IMG/VR virus record: IMGVR_UViG_3300032219_002227
Location: 64,001 to 128,000 of that record
Length of the DNA: 64,000 bases
Strand: one strand, 5' to 3'
From: a virus
Lineage: Duplodnaviria; Caudoviricetes
Shown: one piece after another, positions 36,958 to 47,026 of the stretch
Numbering within the stretch: the stretch's first letter is position 1
Layout of the letters: each line of letters begins with the position of its first letter
Notes under the pieces: model-generated
What the model was told of the DNA's origin: nothing
Seen by the model: the letters and a program-made list of their open reading frames with translations, nothing else
Database searches by the model: none
Position numbers and translations under genes: made by a program

Positions 36958-39896
36958 TGAAAAATATAGATAGATTTATATTACACGTTGTACAAAATTT
37001 ATTTCCTTTAAGTGAATATAAGGAAGGAGCATTTAATCAAATTTTAGCACATTATAAAGAAGAAGCTGAGGATAATAATATTAATATTACCGAGCCTCAA
37101 TTAAAAAAATATATTGAACTTTTTGATAAGAACAAGAAAAAGTTCATGGATAAAATAGGAACTGATCTAATAAAACCAGGACCTGGTGGTAAACTTGAAA
37201 TAGTAGTTCCTTTATCTACATTAATGAAATTAGCATCTGGTCTTTCTGGAAGTAATATCGAAGACGAAGAAGATCGAACCCTAGATGTAGTATTTCCTAA
37301 ACAAGGAGATCCTACTCCTCAAGAAGGAGAACCAGGATATAGAATGATAGTATATAATGGCAGTAAAGAAGGTAACTGTATTAGATACGGTCAAGGTGAA
37401 AAATGGTGTATAACTAGAGGTTCATATGGTAGTTATCGTTATAGAGCTGATAAAGGATACCCTACATTTTATCTAGCAAAAAATGATAACTTACCTGAAA
37501 CAGACAAAAATAGTTTTGTTGCTATCCAAGTTAGAGGTGAACGTGATGAAAGTAATAGATATGTTTATACAGATAGAAGTAATTCTCCTTATGAGTCTTC
37601 TGAAATGTCTTTTGAAGATCTAACTAGTCGAGTTCCATGGTTAAGAGATATTCCTAATTTAAAGAGTATTTTAAAATACATTCCTTTATCTTCTCAAGAA
37701 AAAAATACCCAAATATATAAAGATAAACCTGCAAGTATTAGAGACTGGATATACTTTCCAGATCTTAATACTAAACAACAATACTTAGTAGTAAGAGCAG
37801 GTAAACAAAAATTTAATGATATAAGTGATGAAAGATTTGTAAGAGATTATTTACCTGATTATCCGGATCTGGCTAGATTTTTAGCTATAACTCCAAATAT
37901 TATTAATACTGAGCTTTTATTACAATATCTAGATAAATTACCTCGTAATGATCAATCATCAGTTGTAGCTAATCTTAGAAGTAAAGTTTCTCCCAGATCA
38001 TTACCTTCAGCTGATTTATCTTTTACAGCAAAAAAATTAATAACATACAAAGATAAATGGAATCTAAGTCCAGACCAAAAAATATATGTTACAAAAGATG
38101 GTCAGTCTATTATTTTATTAACATTAGGAGATAATATTAAAATAGACCGATACACTGAAGAAAAGGATTTTCCTAATATTAAATTAAATCAACGTACATC
38201 AAAATATCTACTTGATTATCCTAATTTAGATGAAATTCCTTTAAAAAATTTAATTAAATTAGCTGAAGATGAAGTTGTTGATAAAGAATTTATTAATCGT
38301 ATATTAAATAAAGCTAAAGAAGATCCTAACTCATCTCTTATAGTTAAGTCAGTAGATGATGGTGAAATTATATTAGACTCAAATTCATTTTCTTCATATA
38401 AAGTAGGATCAGATGGTAAAATAACATCAGTACCATTTGATAATGAAGAAGTACAACAAGCTATTACTGATGTTGCTGATAATGAGACTTTTAAAGAAAA
38501 AGCTTTAAATTTATTTAAAACTAGAAATTATATTCCGACTACTGTAGATAAAAAAGGATTGTTTAATGTTATTAATTCACTTTCTTATAATGACAGAGAA
38601 TTTCAAATTGAAGGTGAAAACCCAGTAGTATTATTAACTTCTACTAGTGAAGAAATTCCTTTCTTTACTATAACTACTTCTCCTGCTAGATTTATCAGTG
38701 ATCCTAGTCCTCAAACAGTATATAACAACGCAGGAGAAACACGTGGTGGTTATAGTTTTTCTATTAATAATGAAGCAGCATCATCTTATTTTGATTATTT
38801 AAGACGAGGAAATAAATCATTTAATGATCTTGAATTAACACGTTTTTTAGGTAATAAAAATATTAGTATTGGAGCTAAAAAAACATTTATAAGAAACAAT
38901 CCTCCTACTGGTGAAAATAATGCCTTTAGAGCTATTATAAGTAATGATAGAGGTAGTGAAGAAATTTTTCTTATTGATACTAGAACGCCTAGTGATAGTT
39001 TTGTGTTATCTTCTGCTAGAAATAATTTAAAAGGTATAAATATACCTGCATCAAAAGCAAGACAAATGTTAGGTCAAGCAGCACCTGCTACTTTAGCGGC
39101 AGCTGCTGATGATCAAACTCGTAGAAGAGGTAGACCAGCAGGCCAAACAAATACTCCTCGTCCTGAACAACCAGTTGCTGTAGATGCAGGCGGCGGTGGT
39201 GGAGATATAGATGTAGCAGCTAGAATGGGAGAAGTTGGATTAGGTACTGCATTTATGCGATTACCTACATCTGATCGTAGAAGATTAATGGTGACAGATG
39301 GTGTACGTGTTAATCCTAATAACCATAATGGTAGTACTCGTCGTAATAATGTATTAGCTGGTGCTGGTAGAGTAGGACAAACAATTAAAATAGGTGATAG
39401 CTTTATTTATATTATTAGATTAACTAATCAACAGATAGTAGCATTTATCAATGTTCAACCAGTAAATAATAACTACCTATTAACAAGTAATGAAAATGGT
39501 AATGTAGTTGTTCCACTTAGTTCTCCAAGACTTCTATTACAAGCATTACAACAACGTAACTTAGCAGAAGTTCACCAATATATAGTAAATGAATATCTTG
39601 GAACATATCCAGAACATTTAAGTGAATTTAAAGAATTATTACGTAAACATATAAACGAAAAAAAGAAACAAGAAATGAACAAGAATAAATTAAAAGAAGC
39701 AATTCGTCAATTAGTAGACAAAGTGTTAACTGAAGAAATGACTAACAGTACATCAATGTCCACTGCACGAAAAATTGAAAACGACATTGAATCAGGTAAA
39801 TTAGACCCAGCTGAAGTAAAAGCCGCTGCTGAAAAAGCTGAAAAAGGCGATTCTACAGATCTAGCTATGTTAATGTTTACATACCTACAAAAATAA
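36957..39896 (+). CDS. 979-aa putative head-internal/ejection protein
   Basis: CIRYG..WCIT domain as in 32497; RRRGRP; C-terminal LKEAIRQLV..LTE tag. Confidence 0.7.
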   Translation: MKNIDRFILHVVQNLFPLSEYKEGAFNQILAHYKEEAEDNNINITEPQLKKYIELFDKNKKKFMDKIGTDLIKPGPGGKLEIVVPLSTLMKLASGLSGSNIEDEEDRTLDVVFPKQGDPTPQEGEPGYRMIVYNGSKEGNCIRYGQGEKWCITRGSYGSYRYRADKGYPTFYLAKNDNLPETDKNSFVAIQVRGERDESNRYVYTDRSNSPYESSEMSFEDLTSRVPWLRDIPNLKSILKYIPLSSQEKNTQIYKDKPASIRDWIYFPDLNTKQQYLVVRAGKQKFNDISDERFVRDYLPDYPDLARFLAITPNIINTELLLQYLDKLPRNDQSSVVANLRSKVSPRSLPSADLSFTAKKLITYKDKWNLSPDQKIYVTKDGQSIILLTLGDNIKIDRYTEEKDFPNIKLNQRTSKYLLDYPNLDEIPLKNLIKLAEDEVVDKEFINRILNKAKEDPNSSLIVKSVDDGEIILDSNSFSSYKVGSDGKITSVPFDNEEVQQAITDVADNETFKEKALNLFKTRNYIPTTVDKKGLFNVINSLSYNDREFQIEGENPVVLLTSTSEEIPFFTITTSPARFISDPSPQTVYNNAGETRGGYSFSINNEAASSYFDYLRRGNKSFNDLELTRFLGNKNISIGAKKTFIRNNPPTGENNAFRAIISNDRGSEEIFLIDTRTPSDSFVLSSARNNLKGINIPASKARQMLGQAAPATLAAAADDQTRRRGRPAGQTNTPRPEQPVAVDAGGGGGDIDVAARMGEVGLGTAFMRLPTSDRRRLMVTDGVRVNPNNHNGSTRRNNVLAGAGRVGQTIKIGDSFIYIIRLTNQQIVAFINVQPVNNNYLLTSNENGNVVVPLSSPRLLLQALQQRNLAEVHQYIVNEYLGTYPEHLSEFKELLRKHINEKKKQEMNKNKLKEAIRQLVDKVLTEEMTNSTSMSTARKIENDIESGKLDPAEVKAAAEKAEKGDSTDLAMLMFTYLQK

Positions 39897-39961
39897 GGCA
39901 ATAAATAACTTAGGTAAAATTTTATAATATTTATACACATAAACACAACAAAAATAAAATC

Positions 39962-40459
39962 ATGAATATCAACGAAGTACGCAGCATTATCCGCCAAGTA
40001 ATTGCTGAAGCAATTGAAGAAAAAAAAGGCGCACCTAAAAGTAATTTTAAGTTAGTAGAACTTAAAAAAGAAATGGAAAATTTAAGGAAAATGAAAGAAT
40101 CTTTAGGTCAATTTCAAATTTCTGAAGGCGGTGAACAACAATTTGTAGCTGAATATGCTCATATGCAAAAATTTGTTACTGAATATAATAAAATTAAAGA
40201 AGCTCACGCTCGTTTATCTGAAATGTTAGATAATCAAATTAGTGCTGTAGATACTAGAATCAAAACCGAAACTGACAAGATTAAGGAAATGATGGGTCTT
40301 ATCGAAAAAGCTAAAAAACCAACTGAAAAGAAGGAAAAGAAAGCTGACAAAGATACTTCTAAAAGTAAGCATGAAAAAGGTGAATCTGAGGAAGAAGAAG
40401 AAGAACATGATGAAGAGCCTAAACCAAAGAAAAAACCAGCCGTTAAAAAAGATAAATAA
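39962..40459 (+). CDS. Tagged coiled-coil protein with charged tail
   Basis: VRSIIRQVIAEAIEE; late box at 39928. Confidence 0.7.
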   Translation: MNINEVRSIIRQVIAEAIEEKKGAPKSNFKLVELKKEMENLRKMKESLGQFQISEGGEQQFVAEYAHMQKFVTEYNKIKEAHARLSEMLDNQISAVDTRIKTETDKIKEMMGLIEKAKKPTEKKEKKADKDTSKSKHEKGESEEEEEEHDEEPKPKKKPAVKKDK

Positions 40460-40461
40460 CA

Positions 40462-40848
40462 ATGGATAACGCTTTAATAGGACAATTTATATCAACATTA
40501 ATGTCTGCCCGTACTCAGGCACACATTTTTCATCTACAAACTCCATCATTTGCTGCTCATAAAGCATTAAATGAATTTTATGAAGATATTGTAGATATGA
40601 TTGATACTTTAGTTGAATCTTATCAAGGTAAATACGGTATTGTTGAAGGATATGGTAACGTGTCTTTACAAGAGTATCAAAGCTGTGATGGTATTATAGC
40701 TTATTTTGCTACATTAGTAATGTTCATTGAAAAGAGTAGAAGTATGATCGCTCAAGACTCATACATTCAAAACCAAGTAGATGAACTCGTTGCTTTAATA
40801 TATTCTTTACTCTATAAATTACGTTTCTTAAGTGATAAAGCTAATTGA
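40462..40848 (+). CDS. Ferritin/Dps-like protein (DUF5856-like)
   Basis: QAHIFHLQT.SFAAHKAL..FYE...D.LVESYQGKYG...QNQVDE..YKL. Confidence 0.8.
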   Translation: MDNALIGQFISTLMSARTQAHIFHLQTPSFAAHKALNEFYEDIVDMIDTLVESYQGKYGIVEGYGNVSLQEYQSCDGIIAYFATLVMFIEKSRSMIAQDSYIQNQVDELVALIYSLLYKLRFLSDKAN

Positions 40849-41581
40849 TTTAATTAATGAAGAAAAAATGACTCCTGCTCAAAAGAAAAAGCGCGGAGAA
40901 ATTTATGACAAGCTAACAGCAGACGGAATGTCTTCTAAAAAAGCAGGACCAATTGCTACATCAAAAGCTATGTCTGAAAAGAAAGGTATAGATAGAGATA
41001 AGGACGGTGATATAGATAGTGAGGATTGGAAAATAGGAAGGGATATTGCTATTAAAGCAAAATCTAAAAAAGTAAATGAAGAAAATATTCCAGCCCCATT
41101 AGCTTCTCTTTATGACTTAGTTGAAAAATTAATAGCACAAGATATTACTAAAGATGAAATATTACGAATAGTAAATTTTGCTACTGCTAAGTTAAATGAA
41201 GGATCAGACCATGAAGTATCAATGGCGGTATCTAGTTTAGAAGCAATTGCAAAAGCAATTATAGAATTAAGACAAAAACTAGGTAATGTAGAACGTAATA
41301 TTCCAGGCTGGATTCAAGATCACGTTGCTAAAGCAGAAAATTATATTGAACAAGCAGCTCAAGGATTTCATGAACTAAAAGATGATAAAATGAACGAAAC
41401 TAAAAGAATGCAACAATTAGCAGGTATGTTAAATGAAAATGATCAACCTGGTATCTATTTTGATATTGAACAAGATTTAATGCACGGTGAATTTGAAAGT
41501 ATTGATGATCAAGTTAACTATCTTCAAGATGTTATTAATTTCTGCAATGATAAAATAGCTGAATTACAAGCTAATGGATAA
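40832..41581 (+). CDS. Modular tagged protein (MIKLIDLINE; EF-hand-like DRDKDGDID; internal RMQQLAG)
   Basis: Modules separated by (L/V)NE. Confidence 0.7.
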   Translation: MIKLIDLINEEKMTPAQKKKRGEIYDKLTADGMSSKKAGPIATSKAMSEKKGIDRDKDGDIDSEDWKIGRDIAIKAKSKKVNEENIPAPLASLYDLVEKLIAQDITKDEILRIVNFATAKLNEGSDHEVSMAVSSLEAIAKAIIELRQKLGNVERNIPGWIQDHVAKAENYIEQAAQGFHELKDDKMNETKRMQQLAGMLNENDQPGIYFDIEQDLMHGEFESIDDQVNYLQDVINFCNDKIAELQANG

Positions 41582-42104
41582 AAAATTAATACTAGAAAAA
41601 TACATTAAAGTAGCAGTACGTAAAGCACTTGCTGAACAAGAAGCAATGGAAAAACGTGCTACTAAATCTATGTATTTAATATATCGTTTTCCTGGTCTAA
41701 AAAAGGTTGTAGAAGAATTAATGTCTCCTGCTTTTGGTCGTTATATTACTGAAGTAGATATTGTTGCTCCTAAACCAACAACATTTAATATTAAATTAAT
41801 TAACGAACAAGAATTTACAGTTGTATATGATGGTAGAAAAAATTACACTGCTAAAGTAGCAGGTAAAAGATATAATGTACAATTACTAAGTGAATTAGAA
41901 AGAGCATCTCAAGCGATAGCAGACTTATTAGAATTAAATTATGCTATTGAAGAAAAAGGAGCTCCTGAACCTGACGCCGGAGCTGAAGCATTTACAGCAG
42001 CTAATGCTCCAGAAGCAAACTCACCAGCAGGAGGAGAAACACCACCAGCCGAAGAACCAGCTCCTGAAATACCAGATGAAGAAACTCCACTCGCTGGAGC
42101 TTAA
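41574..42104 (+). CDS. Tagged hypothetical protein with Pro/Glu/Ala tail
   Basis: LEKYIKVAVRKALAE N-terminus. Confidence 0.7.
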   Translation: MDKKLILEKYIKVAVRKALAEQEAMEKRATKSMYLIYRFPGLKKVVEELMSPAFGRYITEVDIVAPKPTTFNIKLINEQEFTVVYDGRKNYTAKVAGKRYNVQLLSELERASQAIADLLELNYAIEEKGAPEPDAGAEAFTAANAPEANSPAGGETPPAEEPAPEIPDEETPLAGA

Positions 42105-42122
42105 TAAAACAAATAACAATTT

Positions 42123-42347
42123 ATGAAAGTACAACAGTATTTAAACGAAGTAAAAGCTACCCAAATAGCAGTAGGAAATCAATTTACTTTATCGGGAGAT
42201 ATAGGTAAATTTGTAAAAGGTGATAAAGTTGAAATAATAAAAGTAACACCTTTTGGGAATGATATAGAAATAAAACTAACTAATGAAGAAGGTACTACTG
42301 ATACCTTCTATTTAGATAAAAATGATGATTTTGAAGAATTAACTTAA
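42123..42347 (+). CDS. Small beta-barrel-like protein (MKVQQYLNE)
   Basis: ORF. Confidence 0.6.
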   Translation: MKVQQYLNEVKATQIAVGNQFTLSGDIGKFVKGDKVEIIKVTPFGNDIEIKLTNEEGTTDTFYLDKNDDFEELT

Positions 42348-42399
42348 TTTGGCTTGGGCAAAATTAGTTATTAAATTTCACTATTAATATAAGCTATCT

Positions 42400-43158
42400 A
42401 TGAGTCAGATTAAAAGGTTATTTTTTGATATAGAAACAAGTCCAAATATTGGACTTTTTTGGACTGCTGGCTACAGACAAACAATCAGTCCTGATAATAT
42501 CATTAAAGAAAGAGCAATTATTTGTATTTGTTATAAATGGGCAAGTAATGATAAAGTATATTCATTACAGTGGAATGAAAATCAAGACGATAAACAACTA
42601 TTAGAAAAATTCATAGAAATAGCTAATGAAGCTGATGAATTAATAGGTCACAATGGTGACAGATTTGATCTACCATGGATTAGAACTCGTTGTTTATATC
42701 ATAGAATTCCTGTATTTCCTAATTATACTACTTTAGATACATTAAAGTATGCCCGTTCTAAATTTAAATTTAATAGTAATAAATTAGATTACATTGCTAA
42801 ATTTTTAGGTATAGGACAGAAGACACATACCGGATATGATTTGTGGAAAAGAGTAGTACTTGAAAAGGATATAGAAGCATTAGATTATATGGTTGAATAC
42901 TGTAAAAATGATGTTGTATTACTTGAACAAGTATATAATGAAATGTCTACTTATGTTCCTGCTAAAACACACCATGGTGTAATAGCAGGCGGTGAAAAAC
43001 ATTCATGTCCTAACTGCAGTTCAGAAGATATGAAATTTTCACAGAGACGTTATACTGCATCTGGTACTCCAAGAATTCAATTACAATGTAAAAAATGTCA
43101 TACTTATCATACAATTTCAAATAAAATATATGTATCTATGACAGATAAAAACGACTAA
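42400..43158 (+). CDS. DEDD 3'-5' exonuclease / RNase H-like domain with C-terminal Zn ribbon
   Basis: FFDIETS, GHNGDRFDLP, YCKNDV, CPNC..CKKC. Confidence 0.85.
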   Translation: MSQIKRLFFDIETSPNIGLFWTAGYRQTISPDNIIKERAIICICYKWASNDKVYSLQWNENQDDKQLLEKFIEIANEADELIGHNGDRFDLPWIRTRCLYHRIPVFPNYTTLDTLKYARSKFKFNSNKLDYIAKFLGIGQKTHTGYDLWKRVVLEKDIEALDYMVEYCKNDVVLLEQVYNEMSTYVPAKTHHGVIAGGEKHSCPNCSSEDMKFSQRRYTASGTPRIQLQCKKCHTYHTISNKIYVSMTDKND

Positions 43159-43175
43159 ATAAAAATTATTAAAGT

Positions 43176-43568
43176 ATGGAAATGATAAATGAAATTAAAA
43201 GGATGCAAAAATTGGCTGGTATTCTTAAAGAACAAGACGAACCAGAACAAGAAGAAGTAGCAACTGAAGAAGCTCCAACTCCTGATCTTCCAGCTGGAAA
43301 TATTACTCAGGAACAAGCCGCTCAATTAATTAGAGATACAAAAGGTAAATTCTTTACTGTAACATTCATTAAAAAAGATGGCAGTACACGTGTAATGAAT
43401 GCTCGTTTAGGTGTTAAAGCCTACTTAAAGGGGGGTGAACTTCCATATAATCCAACAGCTAAAGGACTAATTCCAGTATATGATATGAAAGCGCGTGACT
43501 ATAGAATGGTGAATATCAATACTATTAAAAATCTAAAGATTGGTAATAACGAATATAACGTATCCTAA
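43176..43568 (+). CDS. Tagged (NEIKRMQKLAGILKE) SH3/WYL-like beta-barrel protein
   Basis: FFTVTFIKKDGSTRVMNARL...VYD...YRM. Confidence 0.7.
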   Translation: MEMINEIKRMQKLAGILKEQDEPEQEEVATEEAPTPDLPAGNITQEQAAQLIRDTKGKFFTVTFIKKDGSTRVMNARLGVKAYLKGGELPYNPTAKGLIPVYDMKARDYRMVNINTIKNLKIGNNEYNVS

Positions 43569-44518
43569 TGAAATTTTTAGATAAGATACTTAATGAATGG
43601 TCATTTCGTTGCCATGATGGAATTGTTGATGTAAATGATTCTAAAAAACTTGATATTCTAAATGAAATTCTAGATGAATATAAAATTAAAGATTTCATTC
43701 TAGAATTATCTAATACAGATCATTTTGCTAAACGTTTAGGAGAACGCGGTAACGTATTAGATATATTAAATCTAAAAGATATACCTCTTAAAGATTACAA
43801 ATTTACTGAAGTAAAAGAAAAACTTAAAACTAATATATCAGAAGAACTAGTACAGCGTGCTGATAAAGTATTAAATAAAGATATACCATCATCTGTTATG
43901 TATGATGTAGGTATAAAAATACTTAAACCTGTACTTGTAGTTGATGGTGAAAAATATCCTCTTAGATTATTTGCAAAATCAACTAAAGAAATAAAAGATA
44001 AAGAAGGTAACGTAAAAGAAGTTATATTAGTAGATAATAAAGGTACATTATATTTTGCTACTGTTGCTGATAATCACGTAACTACATTATTATTGCTTGA
44101 TAAAGAAGACGATAATGACCTATATTTCCAAATTAAAGATCATGTAGATAGAAAAAAAGGAGGAGATAAAGAAGCTAAAATATTAACTCCACCAAATTAT
44201 ATCTATGAAATTGATCTAGATGTATTAATGGGTAAAGAAAAAGAACCACAACAAGGTCCTGCTTTAATAGATCCATCTACTTTACCTTATAAAGTAAGAA
44301 CTGATTATAGAGCCGGAGCTAACTTTGAACATGAAAAGTTTGGAACAGGTAAAATAGAAACTACATCAGCCGGTTCTGGAGGTAAAGGAGATTCTAGAGG
44401 AACACTTGATTGGGTTGATGTGAAATATCCAAAACCATTCCTTAAAGGAGGTAAATTAACAAATATACGTCGCTTTGATAATATACTTACTTTAGCTTCT
44501 CCTTTGTTGGCAAAGTAA
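43568..44518 (+). CDS. Putative head-internal protein (LDKILNEWSFR N-terminus)
   Basis: ORF; ILNE/ILE sites; TDHF..R..ER after ILE. Confidence 0.65.
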   Translation: MKFLDKILNEWSFRCHDGIVDVNDSKKLDILNEILDEYKIKDFILELSNTDHFAKRLGERGNVLDILNLKDIPLKDYKFTEVKEKLKTNISEELVQRADKVLNKDIPSSVMYDVGIKILKPVLVVDGEKYPLRLFAKSTKEIKDKEGNVKEVILVDNKGTLYFATVADNHVTTLLLLDKEDDNDLYFQIKDHVDRKKGGDKEAKILTPPNYIYEIDLDVLMGKEKEPQQGPALIDPSTLPYKVRTDYRAGANFEHEKFGTGKIETTSAGSGGKGDSRGTLDWVDVKYPKPFLKGGKLTNIRRFDNILTLASPLLAK

Positions 44519-44536
44519 ATCTTATACATTTATTGT

Positions 44537-45019
44537 ATGAATATATTTTATATACACGTAGATCCAATTATTGCTGCACAACAACTTGCCGACGATCATA
44601 TCCGCAAAATGCAAATCGAATCAGCACAAATGTGTTGCACTACACATTGGGTGAATGGTGGTGAAGCACCATATAAGAAAGCTCATTATAATCACCCATC
44701 AACTAAATGGGTACGTGAATCAATTCAACATTATCGTTGGCTTGTACAACATGGTTTAGAAATTTGTAATGAATTTATTAAACGTTATGGAAAAATACAT
44801 AAAACTCAAGCAGTACTTGAATGGTGTCGTAACAATGAGCCAAATATCCCTGACAATGGGTTTACTCCTCCACCACAATGTATGCCAGATGAATACAAAA
44901 AAGACGATACTATTGTAGCTTATCGCGAATTTTATATAAAAGATAAAATAGGTATTAAAGGATTAGGATGGAAAAAATTAAATAATGCTCCTAAGTGGAT
45001 ATTTATTGAAAACATATAG
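44537..45019 (+). CDS. Pyrimidine-dimer DNA glycosylase (DenV-like family)
   Basis: MNIFY...D.H..KM.IESAQM...YK.AH.NHPST.W...PPQCMP..Y...AYR.FY. Confidence 0.8.
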   Translation: MNIFYIHVDPIIAAQQLADDHIRKMQIESAQMCCTTHWVNGGEAPYKKAHYNHPSTKWVRESIQHYRWLVQHGLEICNEFIKRYGKIHKTQAVLEWCRNNEPNIPDNGFTPPPQCMPDEYKKDDTIVAYREFYIKDKIGIKGLGWKKLNNAPKWIFIENI

Positions 45020-45094
45020 AACAGATTCATTGCCTGTTCGCTCGTAAGAGATAAAATATTGGAGTAGTGGCCCACCTAAAAGGTGGGCTTCTTT
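45019..45094 (+). ncRNA. Candidate small structured RNA ending in a terminator
   Basis: Three hairpins (45019-45039, 45041-45050 with GTAA loop, 45070-45088) after TATTTAT at 45000. Confidence 0.35.
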
Positions 45095-45146
45095 AATTTG
45101 TATATGGCAAAGTTTTTTATTAAATTTATATATTCAATTTAAAATT

Positions 45147-46538
45147 ATGAGAAGTCATCAAAGAGCAATTAGAGGATGGAATAATATGATTAATAATGCT
45201 ATCCCGGCTGAAAGTAAAATTAAAACATTTGTACCATTACCTTCACAAGAACTTAAAAAAATTGTTATTGTAGGAGCGGGTGTAGCAGGTATTAATGCTG
45301 CTACTAAATTAGTTGATAATGGTTATCCTGGAGAACTAATTACTATTATAGACAAAGGAAATAATCCACATAATCGTTTACCTGAAGAAGTAATGACAGG
45401 TATGCTTGGTGCTGGTGGTTGGTCTGATGGTAAATTAACTCACCACACAGCAATTGGAGGACAACTAAACAAATATTGTGGTGATGAGAAAGCAATGGAA
45501 TTGATGGATCAAGTTATTTCTAATTTTAGACGCTTCCATCCAAAACCAGAAGAAATATTTATGTCTGATCCACAAAAAGAACCTGAATTTATTAAACCAT
45601 ATTTTGGTTTGAGAATGTTTCCTGTATGGCATATTGGTTCTAATTTCTTACATGAGATTGCTAAATCATGGTATCAATATTTAGTTGATAAAGGTGTTAA
45701 ATTTGAATGGAATACTGAAGTGAATAATATTGACTTTAAAAATAATTACATAATAGGAGTATATAATAATAAAAATTGTGACTATTATTATGATGAATTA
45801 ATATTCGCAGTAGGCAAATCAGGTATTGATTTTGCTCAAAAACTAGCAGATAATTACAAATTACCTAATGAACCTAAATCAGTACAAATTGGAGTTCGAT
45901 TTGAAGCACCACAAAAATACTTTCAAAAATTAATTGATGTATCATATGATTTTAAATTATACCAAAAATTTGATAACGTTAGTTTACGTTCATTTTGTAC
46001 TAATAATAATGCTGCCTATGTGGCTGTTGAAGAGACTTACGGAAACATTAGCTATAACGGACATGCTAAAAAAGGTAAGGAATTTGAGAATCAAATGACT
46101 AACTTTGGTATCTTAATGGAAATTAAAGGTATTGAAGATCCATTTAAATGGAGTAGAGATGTAGTTAAAAAACTTCAATCTAATAAAACAGGATTATACT
46201 ATTCACCTTCTCGCACCCCAGCATTAACATCAGAAGGAATGACAGTATCTTCTACTCAAATAGATAATTTATCTCCTGTAAGAAAAGCAATGGGTAAATA
46301 TTTTAATTATATTGAAGATTTTATCAATGATATGAACAAAGTATTTAACTTTGGTGATGATTGGGGAATGTATATTCCTGAAGTAAAATATCTATCACCT
46401 GAACCATTAATTAATTATAATGACTTATCACTTACAGAATATACTAATGTACATTTTGTAGGAGATGCACTTTCAGCTCGAGGTATTACAGTTAGTGGAG
46501 CTCAAGGTATTTATGTAGCAGAATCACTTTTAAAATAA
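45147..46538 (+). CDS. FAD-dependent oxidoreductase/dehydrogenase
   Basis: IVIVGAGVAG, GMLGAGGWSDGKL, IGVRFE, SFCTN, FVGD..ARGI. Confidence 0.85.
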   Translation: MRSHQRAIRGWNNMINNAIPAESKIKTFVPLPSQELKKIVIVGAGVAGINAATKLVDNGYPGELITIIDKGNNPHNRLPEEVMTGMLGAGGWSDGKLTHHTAIGGQLNKYCGDEKAMELMDQVISNFRRFHPKPEEIFMSDPQKEPEFIKPYFGLRMFPVWHIGSNFLHEIAKSWYQYLVDKGVKFEWNTEVNNIDFKNNYIIGVYNNKNCDYYYDELIFAVGKSGIDFAQKLADNYKLPNEPKSVQIGVRFEAPQKYFQKLIDVSYDFKLYQKFDNVSLRSFCTNNNAAYVAVEETYGNISYNGHAKKGKEFENQMTNFGILMEIKGIEDPFKWSRDVVKKLQSNKTGLYYSPSRTPALTSEGMTVSSTQIDNLSPVRKAMGKYFNYIEDFINDMNKVFNFGDDWGMYIPEVKYLSPEPLINYNDLSLTEYTNVHFVGDALSARGITVSGAQGIYVAESLLK

Positions 46539-46546
46539 AATATATT

Positions 46547-46783
46547 ATGTCCGGAGTAAAAAAATTAAAAACAGCAGATGGTACAGTAGCTTATTATTTA
46601 GATAATAAACTTCATAATTGGGATGGTCCCGCTCTTATCCCACAAGGTAATAAACGTTTAGCAGAATATTATCTATTTGGGCTTAAAAAAACTAAAGAAC
46701 AATGGGAAGACAGTAAAAAAGACAGTAACGGAGTTCCTTTCTATAAAACATCAGCAGGTAAAGCAGCAGGCGCTCGTGTATAA
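46547..46783 (+). CDS. Hypothetical protein (LHNWDGPA motif)
   Basis: KLH..DGPA...EYYLFG repeat unit. Confidence 0.7.
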   Translation: MSGVKKLKTADGTVAYYLDNKLHNWDGPALIPQGNKRLAEYYLFGLKKTKEQWEDSKKDSNGVPFYKTSAGKAAGARV

Positions 46784-46813
46784 TGGTCAAAATAAAAAAT
46801 ATATCTTTATTAC

Positions 46814-47026
46814 ATGAAAGATAGAAAATTCACTCGTGTATATGAAGACGATGAAACTATAGAAACATGGATCTTTGATTTAGATAAATTCGACAAAGGT
46901 CCTATTTCTGTTGATATTAAATACAAAGCAGGGGCAGAAAAAAAAATAAAAGCACGTGCTAAAGATAATAAACAAGTTAAAAAAATAGCACGGCAAATGA
47001 AAAAAATAAATAATAAAAATAAATGA
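46814..47026 (+). CDS. Hypothetical protein
   Basis: ORF after promoter copy. Confidence 0.6.
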   Translation: MKDRKFTRVYEDDETIETWIFDLDKFDKGPISVDIKYKAGAEKKIKARAKDNKQVKKIARQMKKINNKNK

